Assembly (NCBI GenBank): GCA_045105515.1
Contig: JBGCDR010000181.1
Coordinates: forward strand, 35,501-99,500
Length of the DNA: 64,000 bases
From: Oligoflexales bacterium
GTDB lineage: Bacteria; Bdellovibrionota_B; Oligoflexia; Oligoflexales; Bog-1112
Reading direction: 5' to 3'
Shown: positions 22,448 through 32,000 of the stretch, one piece after another
Layout of the letters: every line of letters starts with the position of its first letter
How positions within the stretch are numbered: position 1 is the first letter of the stretch
Program-made: the position numbers and the translations under genes
Notes under the pieces: model-generated
Database searches by the model: none
What the model saw: only the letters and a program-made list of their open reading frames with translations
Told to the model about the DNA's origin: nothing

Positions 22448-24007
22448 TTATTTCTTACGATTACGCTTACGACTATTTTTTGCCGCTCGCCTCGCCTTTT
22501 TGACTTTATCTTTGTCTACCCGTTTTAAGGCAGGAGAGCCTCCAGGCAAGTGAGCTCCAGCTCCTTCCATACCACCCATCATACTCGCAAGGCTACCCAT
22601 ATCAGGCATCCCTCCACCGGTAGCCATTTTTCGCATTTGGTTCATTTGAGATAGCTTATTCATTCCAGGGATTTTCCCCATCAAGCCACCCATGTTTTTT
22701 CCTAGGTTGCCCATCATTGAGTGCATGGTCTTAAAGCGCTTAACTAGTTCGCTCACTTCCTTAGCACTACGACCGCTTCCCATTGCTATTCGCTTAGCAC
22801 GGCTCTGGCTCTGATAAAGTAGGTTCGGATTGAGGCGCTCTTTTTCAGTCATAGAGTCAATCATAGCTTTGATACGACCTAGCTCTTTTTCATCCACATT
22901 AACATCTTTAGGAATCATGTTTTGCATGGGGAGCTTTGCCATGATGTCTTTGAGAGGTCCCATTTTTTGAATCATGGAGATCTGCTCATAAAAGTCCCTG
23001 AAATTGAACTGGCCACTCAACATGCGCATAGCTTCTTCTTCGCTATCCCCGTCAGCAACCCTTTCAAAGTCCTCCATCAAGCCAACAATATCACCCAAGC
23101 CAAGAATTCGGCTTGCTAACCCTTCAGGTCTGAATTCTTCAAGTCTCTCAAGGTCCTCTCCTATTCCAAGAAACTTAATAGGAGCACCAGTTACTTCTTT
23201 TATACTTAAGGCAGCACCACCCCTGGCATCGCCATCGAGCTTAGTCATCACGACACCACTCAAGTCGAGCCGTTCGTGAAAAGCTTTAGCAGTTGTGACA
23301 GCATCTTGCCCCATCATTGCATCGCAAACGAGGAGGATATTGTCGGGGTGACATTCAGATTTGATATCAGAAAGCTCATCCATCAACTTGTCATCAATGG
23401 TAAGTCGGCCTGCAGTATCGAAGAGTAATGTATCGCAGTCAAGCTCCATTGCTTTTTGCTTGGCTTTAACACAGATTTCTACTGGAGAGGTGTTTTCCAA
23501 ATGAAATACTGGGACATCAATCCGTTCACCAAGAACTTTTAACTGGTTAACCGCTGCAGGTCGGTAAATATCAGCAGCTACCAGCAAAGGCTTCCTCTTA
23601 TTGCGAATCAAATACTTTGCCAGCTTACCAGTAGTGGTGGTTTTTCCTGTTCCTTGCAATCCAACCATCATAATGGAGGCTGGACGGTTATTCGGAAGAC
23701 TCAAACTAGTATCAACAGGGCCCATCAAGCCCTCTAGCTCTTCCTTACAGATTTTTATGAAATGATCACCTGGGCTTACCTTTAACTTATCGCCACCTTT
23801 CCCTGCCTTTAGAGAAACAACTTCCCCTAAAGACTTCTCTTTAACACGAGAAAGGAAGATTTTTGCAACTGAATACTCCACATCAGCTTCTAGAAGACTT
23901 CGGCGAATATCACCCATTGCCTCGTTGATATTGTCTTCCGATAACTTTGTTTTTCCTTGAAACTTTTCTGTAGCTTTTTTGAATCCATTACTGAGGACGT
24001 CAAGCAT
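22448..24007 (-). CDS. ffh: Signal recognition particle protein
   Basis: GLQGTGKTTT, DTAGR, TKLDGDARGGAALS, Met-rich M domain. Confidence 0.98.
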   Translation of the reverse strand: MLDVLSNGFKKATEKFQGKTKLSEDNINEAMGDIRRSLLEADVEYSVAKIFLSRVKEKSLGEVVSLKAGKGGDKLKVSPGDHFIKICKEELEGLMGPVDTSLSLPNNRPASIMMVGLQGTGKTTTTGKLAKYLIRNKRKPLLVAADIYRPAAVNQLKVLGERIDVPVFHLENTSPVEICVKAKQKAMELDCDTLLFDTAGRLTIDDKLMDELSDIKSECHPDNILLVCDAMMGQDAVTTAKAFHERLDLSGVVMTKLDGDARGGAALSIKEVTGAPIKFLGIGEDLERLEEFRPEGLASRILGLGDIVGLMEDFERVADGDSEEEAMRMLSGQFNFRDFYEQISMIQKMGPLKDIMAKLPMQNMIPKDVNVDEKELGRIKAMIDSMTEKERLNPNLLYQSQSRAKRIAMGSGRSAKEVSELVKRFKTMHSMMGNLGKNMGGLMGKIPGMNKLSQMNQMRKMATGGGMPDMGSLASMMGGMEGAGAHLPGGSPALKRVDKDKVKKARRAAKNSRKRNRKK

Positions 24008-24159
24008 AATTTAAAACTCCCACTTCGGGGCAAAAGATAAAGGCTCCCCATTTTAAACTAGTGCCTATATAACGAATCCGGTATGTCAGTCAATAAATGT
24101 ATTGCAATCGTCTGCAAAAAGATATCAAGTCGCCGATTTTGTAAAATTTTACTCAGAAC

Positions 24160-25650
24160 TTACCAGGTCTTAATTTGGGGCCGAGGCCGCCTATTAGACC
24201 AAGCAAAAGCACCTTTGCTTTGATCTTTCAGCTTTAAAGGGGCCCATCTCTTAGAGCTTGGAGGAAGGTTTACAATAGTATAATTGTACGTTCCCATAGG
24301 AAGATGAAGGACTTTATATCGGCCATTATCAACAACAAAAGAGGTTTCCCCGATTATGCCTTCATAAAGATATGAGGTATGGGATAGGTTATCCATATCT
24401 CCCTCATCACGCAGATAACACCGAATTGGGCGGTTGCCACTGAGTAGCATCAGTGAAGCTAGACTTAAGCTAAGGTTGTCATCATGATAGAGTGGATTCC
24501 AACAACTAGTGCTAGCCCTTAAAGGCAACTCTAACAACTGTAACTTTTCCCGTTCTCCAAGCACGCTGAATGGGTTCATGCTTATTGCCGTCTTTAGAAC
24601 CTGACTAGCCACATCCTGATCCGGCTGAATTTGAACCCATAGCTCTTTTGTTCGGTGAAGAGTTCGAGGAATATGAACCCTTAGCTGACCTAAGCGGTTT
24701 GATTTATCAAGAAGTTTCTGAAAAAAACTCAACTCCCGAGTTGCCTGCTCAATCCCAATTTCTCCCCAACGAAAACTATCTGCTGATGAACTTTGGCATA
24801 AGCCTTTTTGCCAAATTTTGGACCTCATCACAAGCGGCAGCTCCTTAGCATGTGATAAGGAAAGCAAGGAGCAGAATTGCTCCATTTCATCAAACTGGGA
24901 ACGGTTAAGCAATAACTGGGCAAGCTGTTTTGTTATGGTAAGTCTTCTCAGAAATAGATAGGGCTGTCTCTTCCACTTTCGCAAAATATGTTTTTGCATC
25001 TTTTTCAAACGACTAATTGCAGAACCAGCATCTAGAGATGCCAGCTCACAAACAAACCCCTCACCGGCAAGTTCTCTAATCTTACAATCTGGAGCCATTT
25101 CTTCCAAAAGCTGTGTCAACACTTCTCGAAATCCAGTTATAAGTTTATGGTTCGGACTTTTTTGACACAAAAAAGTCCTCAAGGTTGAAACCTGCTCTTT
25201 ATTAGCAGGAATCCAAAATTTATTTTCACCTTCATTAAAATCTACTTCAAACAGTGATTCCGAGCTTGTCTCCAAAGGCCCTAAAATCCTAACGTATTTG
25301 ATCTCGTGCTTCGGTTTTAAAATTAATGGTAAAGTCAGTGAAATAGGGAGGGTTTGTAGGGAGCACCAAGTACGAGGCAAAGGGATTACACTGTAACCTC
25401 CATCCTGAGCAAAAGCAGGATGGACATTGATCTGTGCTTCCAACTGACTAAGCTTGGGAGAATCATTAACCTCAGCCTTAATCTCTATTTTCTGATTTTC
25501 TGATGTAGATGAAATTTTTTGGACCCTGAGCTTATTAGATAAAAGCACAGGCTCTCTCTGAGTAGCAGTACAAGCACCCAAGAAAGTGACGAATACCATC
25601 AGTAATTTAAAAAATTGCGATTTCCTGAACAGCAAGATCAACTTTTTCAT
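24160..25650 (-). CDS. Large hypothetical lipoprotein, coupled to the tail-tube-like gene
   Basis: Lipobox FLGAC; start overlaps end of 25607-26092; scattered Cys. Confidence 0.65.
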   Translation of the reverse strand: MKKLILLFRKSQFFKLLMVFVTFLGACTATQREPVLLSNKLRVQKISSTSENQKIEIKAEVNDSPKLSQLEAQINVHPAFAQDGGYSVIPLPRTWCSLQTLPISLTLPLILKPKHEIKYVRILGPLETSSESLFEVDFNEGENKFWIPANKEQVSTLRTFLCQKSPNHKLITGFREVLTQLLEEMAPDCKIRELAGEGFVCELASLDAGSAISRLKKMQKHILRKWKRQPYLFLRRLTITKQLAQLLLNRSQFDEMEQFCSLLSLSHAKELPLVMRSKIWQKGLCQSSSADSFRWGEIGIEQATRELSFFQKLLDKSNRLGQLRVHIPRTLHRTKELWVQIQPDQDVASQVLKTAISMNPFSVLGEREKLQLLELPLRASTSCWNPLYHDDNLSLSLASLMLLSGNRPIRCYLRDEGDMDNLSHTSYLYEGIIGETSFVVDNGRYKVLHLPMGTYNYTIVNLPPSSKRWAPLKLKDQSKGAFAWSNRRPRPQIKTW

Positions 25651-26092
25651 AAAAACCGCCTATTGCAGGGCCAGCAGCTTCCACTGTCCATGACAAAGGC
25701 TTGCATAGTTTAAGAATATACCGGGACACTTCTTGCCCATCTTCTGTTTTCATAATAAGGCGGATATCGGTCAGACTCGCTCTGGTTTCTGAAGCTTTTT
25801 TTGCCCATAGATATAAAGAAGGATCTGTAACAAAGTCTCTCTTCAAACTCACGCGCGTGAAAGTTTCATCAGCACTTTGTCGCTGAGAAGTGAGGTCTCT
25901 AAGATCGTTGATATGGTCAAAGGTTCCATAGTCAAGACCATCAATCTCTATGTGAGTTTTAGTTTGAAGAGGCGTAAATTTTGCCGACACACCACTTGTG
26001 AGTGAAAAAGCCAAACCTAAAGTAAAGACTACAACCCCAAGCACTGCAAGAACCCAAGAAACGCTCCTTAAACTTTTGTTTTCTCTATGCAC
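25607..26092 (-). CDS. Phage/eCIS tail-tube (T4 gp19-like) protein with N-terminal signal peptide
   Basis: IEIDG..GTF, VSLKR..TDPSLYLW, IRLIM..EDGQEVSRY...CKPLSW, EKVDLAVQEI follow the gp19/Afp1-type tube pattern; residues 1-37 look like a Sec signal (VSA cleavage). Confidence 0.7.
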   Translation of the reverse strand: MHRENKSLRSVSWVLAVLGVVVFTLGLAFSLTSGVSAKFTPLQTKTHIEIDGLDYGTFDHINDLRDLTSQRQSADETFTRVSLKRDFVTDPSLYLWAKKASETRASLTDIRLIMKTEDGQEVSRYILKLCKPLSWTVEAAGPAIGGFYEKVDLAVQEIAIF

Positions 26093-26225
26093 TACCTGTT
26101 GCCTACTTTCTAATAAATATTGCCTTATTAACTAAAGAATACCACATACACTACAAGCAATCCAACACCACACAGCAGAACGGAATCATCTATATGTATG
26201 GGACGCTCTTTTCCACATGGCCTAC

Positions 26226-26252
26226 GCATCGGTAAAAGTAACACAAGCTTTA
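26226..26252 (-). promoter_or_regulatory. Putative sigma28 (FliA)-type promoter for tube-like operon
   Basis: Minus strand TAAA-N15-ACCGATGC. Confidence 0.6.
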
Positions 26253-26372
26253 CCGGGGAAAGGCCTCCCAGATTTCACATAGTATTATAATAAGCTAAAA
26301 AAATAAAAAGAATTCACCAGATTTCAGCCACTACCAAACTAAATTTTAGCAGACATTGGCTTTGGCTTTGCA

Positions 26373-27317
26373 CTAGGATTCTAAAGATTCTTTGATCAAA
26401 TCTTTCAACTCTTGTCTATGTTGACTAGGAAATTCTCGATCAGCAAGAAGAGAGTCTGCCTGACGCCTAAAGGCTTCTTTTTGATCCATAGCTAAATGAG
26501 CTTGGGCAGCATGGGCCTTGAGCTTCCATGGGATATTGGAAAAAGATTTCTCTGCTTCCCAGACAATAGGAGGAATTCTGTCATAATCACCAGCTACCCC
26601 AAGGGCTCCTGTGTACTCTACCAAGAAAGTGGCCTCTCGTTCGCCTGATTGGTAAAAGGGTTCAAGATAGGAAGCCTTAGACTGCTGATTGCTCTGTTCA
26701 TCTAAATCCGCGACAAGCGATTTTCCAGCCCATGAATGTAGGTCATCCGCTCGAGCCCATAGCTCAGCAACATGATCTTGCTCTGCTTCTGATAAATAAG
26801 TATAGAAAAGCTCCCAGAGTGGGAAATGATTAGGACAAGCTTTTAAGCCTGCTTTGATCCACGCAACAGACTCCTCCCATCTCTTGTCGTGATGCATAAT
26901 CTGAACTACGTTTACATAGGGAGCGGGCTCACTGGGATGCAACTTGTGAGCATCAAAAAAACAAAGCTCAGCACGGCTTAGCTCACCGCAGTACATGGCA
27001 GCCAATCCCTCGATATAAAGACCTCGAAAATCTCTTCGTGACCATTGTTGAAGGTTGAGGTCAACAAGCTTAAGTACAAGGATTGAAAGATCCATGCCCA
27101 GGAGTTCATCCATCAGATCAACCATACTTTTTTCATCTGTAACTTGATGGTCTTTCATGTAAGCCAACAAGTAATCAACGAAATCTGTTTTCAGTTCCGC
27201 GACCACAACATCAGTCTTAAACCCTGAATATTCTGACTTAGAAATTCCTAGCCACTGACGCAGTTTTGGCCCCATCGGATAGTGATTCCAAGAGTTTTTT
27301 TCTGAGGGATTCATCAA
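26373..27317 (-). CDS. TPR-like helical repeat protein
   Basis: [41 protein letters not shown]; overlaps aspS stop. Confidence 0.65.
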   Translation of the reverse strand: MMNPSEKNSWNHYPMGPKLRQWLGISKSEYSGFKTDVVVAELKTDFVDYLLAYMKDHQVTDEKSMVDLMDELLGMDLSILVLKLVDLNLQQWSRRDFRGLYIEGLAAMYCGELSRAELCFFDAHKLHPSEPAPYVNVVQIMHHDKRWEESVAWIKAGLKACPNHFPLWELFYTYLSEAEQDHVAELWARADDLHSWAGKSLVADLDEQSNQQSKASYLEPFYQSGEREATFLVEYTGALGVAGDYDRIPPIVWEAEKSFSNIPWKLKAHAAQAHLAMDQKEAFRRQADSLLADREFPSQHRQELKDLIKESLES

Positions 27318-29113
27318 TCCTCCTGTTTTGGGTCAGCAAGCAAAATCCCTAAGTCATCAAGTGAAGGCTTAGGTACCGGAGATGGAGCCTCTGTCATTAA
27401 ACAGCTCGCTTTTTGAGTTTTTGGAAAAGCGATCACATCTCTGATTGCATCACAGCCTGTTAACAGCATTACAAGTCGGTCTAGTCCGAAAGCAATACCA
27501 CCATGAGGAGGGGCACCAAATTTAAGCGCTTCCAATAAAAATCCAAACTTTTTCTCGGCTTCTTCCGGGGTCATACCTATTGTTGCAAACACCTTAGCCT
27601 GAATCTCAGGTTTGTGTATTCTGATCGAACCGCCCGCAATTTCATAGCCATTACACACAAGATCATATGCTGCAGCACGCACCTTCTGTGGTGCCGTGTC
27701 AAGCAAATGGAGGTCTTCTTCCCTAGGCATACAAAAAGGGTGATGTCGTGCTGACCATTTACCTGTAGTCTCATCCTGTTCCATCAAGGGAAACTCAGTA
27801 ACCCAAAGAAAATTTAAGGTTTCCTTGTTAAACAGTTGCAGTTCTGTACCCAAATGATTTCTAAGAGCGGATAAACTAGCCTTTACAGTTTCATACTTGC
27901 CAGCACCGAACAAGACCAGATCATTAGGCTCGAGTCCAATTTTAGTTTCGAAGCTTTGAACAAATTCATCATTAAAGAACTTGCTTATAGGCGACTGCCA
28001 GCTAGCTATCCCAGTCCCTGTTTTTTTCTTTAGCCAAGCCAAGCCATTTGAGCCATGATGTTTGGCAAGCTCAGTAAGCTCATCAATTTTCTTTCGAGAA
28101 TAGGTTTCCGCAGCATTCTTAACAACTATGGCATTAACAATTCCTCCGGTACTGACAGCATCCCTGAATACTTTGAATTCACAACCCTCAGCCAATGTCG
28201 TAAGATCGTTCAGCTTCAAATCAAAACGAGTATCTGGCTTATCACAACCGTATTCTTCCATTGCTTGTGCATAGGTCATATGAGGAATCTCTGCAACGAC
28301 CTCTTCCTGAAAGAACTCATTAACGAGTTCTTTAGTCAAGGCTGTAACCGTTGCTATAACCTCAGATTCATCTACAAAAGACATCTCACAATCAATCTGT
28401 GTGAACTCAGGCTGCCGGTCTGCACGCAAGTCCTCATCACGAAAGCACTTAACAATCTGGTAATACCTATCAAAACCACTGATCATATATATTTGTTTGA
28501 AGAGCTGAGGGCTCTGCGGCAAGGCGTAAAACTTGTTTACATTGATCCGCGAGGGCACTAAGAATTCTCTAGCTCCTTCTGGTGTAGATTTGTAAAGGTA
28601 TGGGGTTTCTAAATCAAGAAAACCAAACCCTTCAAGCCCCCTCCTAGCAAGCGAAGTTATTTTGCTTCTTGCAACAATACGCTCTTTCATTACTTGTCGG
28701 CGCAAATCCAAATATCGGTATTTAAGTCTAAGATGTTCAGATGCTTCAGACTTTTCTGTTACTACAAAAGGTAAGACCTCGCATTTGTTATCAATGCGAA
28801 GTTCATCCAATTGTACTTCTATGGCACCCGTAATCATATCATCATTGATCATGCCTTCTGGTCTGCCACAGACTTTTCCTTTAATTGATAAAACAAACTC
28901 ACTTTTTATGTCTTTTGCTTTGTCCACTAATTCAGGATTTTTGGCTGGATCTAAGACAACTTGGGTAATACCAAATCGATCACGCAAATCAATAAAGACC
29001 AAGCCCCCTAAGTCTCGACGTTTCGCAACCCAACCCATAAGGATAACTTCAATTCCTTTATGTTCTCCCCTGAGTTCACCACAAGTATGACTTCTTTTCC
29101 AAACGCTATCCAA
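27314..29113 (-). CDS. aspS: Aspartate--tRNA ligase
   Basis: [64 protein letters not shown]. Confidence 0.98.
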   Translation of the reverse strand: MDSVWKRSHTCGELRGEHKGIEVILMGWVAKRRDLGGLVFIDLRDRFGITQVVLDPAKNPELVDKAKDIKSEFVLSIKGKVCGRPEGMINDDMITGAIEVQLDELRIDNKCEVLPFVVTEKSEASEHLRLKYRYLDLRRQVMKERIVARSKITSLARRGLEGFGFLDLETPYLYKSTPEGAREFLVPSRINVNKFYALPQSPQLFKQIYMISGFDRYYQIVKCFRDEDLRADRQPEFTQIDCEMSFVDESEVIATVTALTKELVNEFFQEEVVAEIPHMTYAQAMEEYGCDKPDTRFDLKLNDLTTLAEGCEFKVFRDAVSTGGIVNAIVVKNAAETYSRKKIDELTELAKHHGSNGLAWLKKKTGTGIASWQSPISKFFNDEFVQSFETKIGLEPNDLVLFGAGKYETVKASLSALRNHLGTELQLFNKETLNFLWVTEFPLMEQDETTGKWSARHHPFCMPREEDLHLLDTAPQKVRAAAYDLVCNGYEIAGGSIRIHKPEIQAKVFATIGMTPEEAEKKFGFLLEALKFGAPPHGGIAFGLDRLVMLLTGCDAIRDVIAFPKTQKASCLMTEAPSPVPKPSLDDLGILLADPKQED

Positions 29114-29412
29114 TGCTTGCCCCTATTTTCTTGCTCTCTTAAACTTACGAGTTTGCTTATTCATACCCAGGTGCTGGGTGTGCAACCCTCAATTAGTAGC
29201 ACTACCAAGAAATGAGTTCCATACTATAAAGGCACTTCACAGCATCCTTTTAAAAAAATAGCCCTTTCTCCCTATCCCAGCCGACAAAACCCTGGCCACC
29301 TAAGTAAAGTAACTAGAGCTAGGCAAAACTCCAAATCAAGAGAAAATATATTGTTTGGTGAATCTGTACTTGTCTGCTACTACTCGAAAAAACCCAAATT
29401 GAGGACAATCCT

Positions 29413-29856
29413 ATGACGCCTAATACCCTGCAAGAGAATATGAGCAATTGTCGCCCATTCCATCTAGCTCTTCCTGTTAATGACCTGGAGGAGACCAAGG
29501 ACTTTTACATGAAAACAATTGGTTGCAGCCTAGGCAGAACCTCTGACTCATGGATAGACCTAAACTTTTTTGGACATCAATTGACTTTCCACCAATCTGC
29601 ACTATACGAAAGCTCAAAAATCTCCAACAAAGTTGATTCCAAAAGCGTCCCTATCCCACACCTTGGAGTTATCTTGACTATGGAGCAATGGAAGGATCTT
29701 GCAAAACAATTACAGGAAAAGGAAATTGAATTTATCATCGAACCTTACATAAGATTCGCTGGACAAAGTGGCGAGCAAGCCACCATGTTCATTCCGGATC
29801 CAAGTGGTTACCATCTAGAGTTTAAGGCTTTTGCTGATGACCAATCCATTTTTTGA
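29413..29856 (+). CDS. VOC/glyoxalase-family protein
   Basis: PFHLALPV, WIDLNFFGHQL, VPIPHLG, GEQATMFIPDPSGYHLEFK. Confidence 0.9.
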   Translation: MTPNTLQENMSNCRPFHLALPVNDLEETKDFYMKTIGCSLGRTSDSWIDLNFFGHQLTFHQSALYESSKISNKVDSKSVPIPHLGVILTMEQWKDLAKQLQEKEIEFIIEPYIRFAGQSGEQATMFIPDPSGYHLEFKAFADDQSIF

Positions 29857-29937
29857 ATTAGCTCAACCAAGCCCAGTTCAATAGAGTAATCAAATTTTGT
29901 TCGATATTTTGTTATTTTAAGAAAGGAAGAAAAAAAT

Positions 29938-30318
29938 CTAGAAACCAAACATTTTCATTTTCTTGCGCAGCGTATTCCTATTGATCCCTAGGATTCTAGC
30001 AGCATGCACTTGGTTTCCGCCAGTTCTCAATAAAATTTGTTTAATGAGGGGTTTTTCTACCTTTTTCATGATCATATCGTACATGTTTTCTGGATAATAG
30101 GTACCAATTTGATCTAAGAATCGTGAAATTTTCAGTTCAACAATGGCCTCAAGGGAGTAACCATCCAGTTTACCTGCTAGCTCATTGTCAGAAATCTTTT
30201 CGACTCCAGCAACAGGTGGCTCAGTCTTAACTGCTTCAAGTTTGCTTTGTGTTAGTTGATGACAATTTTCTGCAACACTTTCGGTGGTTTTCACGTAACT
30301 TTTCTCCCAGTTTACCAA
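29938..30318 (-). CDS. Fis-family HTH DNA-binding protein
   Basis: VEKPLIKQILLRTGGNQVHAARILGINRNTLRKKM. Confidence 0.88.
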   Translation of the reverse strand: MVNWEKSYVKTTESVAENCHQLTQSKLEAVKTEPPVAGVEKISDNELAGKLDGYSLEAIVELKISRFLDQIGTYYPENMYDMIMKKVEKPLIKQILLRTGGNQVHAARILGINRNTLRKKMKMFGF

Positions 30319-30680
30319 AACGGACCAAAGGATTCTTAATTGCTGAGTTTGACACCAGAATTAAGCGCACTTCTAATTAGCAAGCGCTATGGCTAGGTGT
30401 CAACCAGCATTGGCAAATATTTCACCAATAGCTGTAACTAGTCGAAACCATGCATATAATATAATACCGCCCTTACTTATGGGGAATTTTTACCTCTTTC
30501 ATGAACTTTCGGATGTCGTTAGTATTTATATATAAGCACGCAACTAAATCCATTAAATTTCATTTTAATGTTAGGCCCGACAACAAATAAGGTCGTTCAA
30601 TCGCTTGAAGTTTCCGGATTACATTAAAAAATATTAACAAGCACCTTGATTGGTGCCAGCGAATTCTTATATTTTAGAGG

Positions 30681-30743
30681 CCTAGACAGTAGACTAGGAC
30701 CTGACATTGGATTAAGAATAAATCAGCTTTATTTAATCTCAGG
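30681..30743 (+). promoter_or_regulatory. Two-hairpin structured leader upstream of grpE
   Basis: CCTAG/CTAGG (30681-30698) and nested CCTGA..GATTAA..AATAAA / TTTATT..AATC..TCAGG (30700-30743), just downstream of TTGATT-N16-TATATT. Confidence 0.4.
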
Positions 30744-30785
30744 ACCAAGGAATAGAGCGAAGACATTTAGGAAAAGTGAATAACA

Positions 30786-31442
30786 ATGCAAGCACGTGAA
30801 GAACTAGGAAAAAAAGTGACTAATAACAGCAATTTAAACAAAAAAAACCAGACCAACGAAAACAATGTTCATGAAGAAGAAACAACTGAAAATCTTCAGA
30901 AAGGACAAGAAAGTTCTCCAGATACCGGAGAAAAGACAGAGGTAGCGAACCTTCAACAAGAACTTGAGCAGCTTAAACAAGAAAGCTCTGATAACTACGA
31001 TAAATATTTAAGAGCGATGGCTGATATGGATAATATCAAGCGAAGATCTGAAAAAGAAAAAAGCGACATCCGGCAGTATGGCCTGGAGTCCTTCCTCAGA
31101 GAGATGCTGCCAATTCTCGATAGCTTCAATCAAGCTACTGAAAATAGTGAGAAGGAAGAAAGCGCAAGTAAAAGTGAGAAAGGTGAGAGTTTTTTTGAAG
31201 GTATGCTTATGGTCAAGCGCCAGTTAAGTGAAACTCTTGAAAAATACGGTTTGACTGGCATAGAAGCCAAAGGAGCTCCATTCGATCCAAACCTCCACCA
31301 AGCAATCTCGAAAGTCGAGTCGAGCGACGCTGAACAAGAAATCGTAAAAGATGAATACTCGAAAGGTTATACCTTGAACGGACGTTTGCTTCGTCCCGCA
31401 ATGGTGAGCGTTTTGGTACCTAGTGAAAATAACCAAAATTGA
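30786..31442 (+). CDS. grpE: Nucleotide exchange factor GrpE
   Basis: YLRAMADMDNIKRR, FDPNLHQAI, GYTLNGRLLRPAMV. Confidence 0.96.
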   Translation: MQAREELGKKVTNNSNLNKKNQTNENNVHEEETTENLQKGQESSPDTGEKTEVANLQQELEQLKQESSDNYDKYLRAMADMDNIKRRSEKEKSDIRQYGLESFLREMLPILDSFNQATENSEKEESASKSEKGESFFEGMLMVKRQLSETLEKYGLTGIEAKGAPFDPNLHQAISKVESSDAEQEIVKDEYSKGYTLNGRLLRPAMVSVLVPSENNQN

Positions 31443-31468
31443 GCGAACCATTGACCTAGGTTCTCAAA

Positions 31469-31873
31469 ATGAACGGGAAACCGCCTGGAAAAAATGCCAT
31501 CTCAGTTCCACCTAGTTCATCCGATGATGGAATCTGTGAGGGCGACATTGATGCTCTTGATGAATTTTGCAGTCAGGTAGAATTTGAAGATATTAGCTTT
31601 GAAATTTGGAAAAATACTCACAGCAATCTTAACTTAATAATCTCGATACCTTTGCACTTAAACCATCTGCAAAAAGGTGGAAAACATACCATAAACTTTG
31701 TCAGGACCATATCCTCTACATGCGGAAAATATAAAAAGAAAGAAAAAATACATCGCCAAATCACTTGGAGTAAAACGGTAGAAAAACTCTTGGAGCTGAC
31801 ATTTGAGAATGAAGGAGATCAAGCTGGCGACCAAAAGGGTGATTTGATCGTCCACCTAGTGGGTGCAGACTAA
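31469..31873 (+). CDS. DnaJ C-terminal-domain-like protein lacking a J domain
   Basis: LIISIPLHLNHLQKGGKHTI...LTFENEGDQ...GDLIVHL; no HPD motif. Confidence 0.55.
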   Translation: MNGKPPGKNAISVPPSSSDDGICEGDIDALDEFCSQVEFEDISFEIWKNTHSNLNLIISIPLHLNHLQKGGKHTINFVRTISSTCGKYKKKEKIHRQITWSKTVEKLLELTFENEGDQAGDQKGDLIVHLVGAD

Positions 31874-31925
31874 ATCTAGGAAACCGTAGTCCATTTTTTC
31901 GACCACCCTTTGCACTTCATAAAAT

Positions 31926-31952
31926 TAAAGCTCGATTAAGACGGGCCGATAA
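31926..31952 (+). promoter_or_regulatory. sigma28 (FliA)-type promoter upstream of lon
   Basis: Exact consensus TAAA-N15-GCCGATAA. Confidence 0.75.
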
Positions 31953-32000
31953 TATGATTGAGTGATAACAGGTAAACGCTTTTGATAAAAGGATAGTTGA

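Noticed and set aside
24160..26092. Prophage, T6SS or complete eCIS locus
   Set aside because: No sheath, baseplate, spike, capsid or integrase genes nearby; flanked by ffh and aspS
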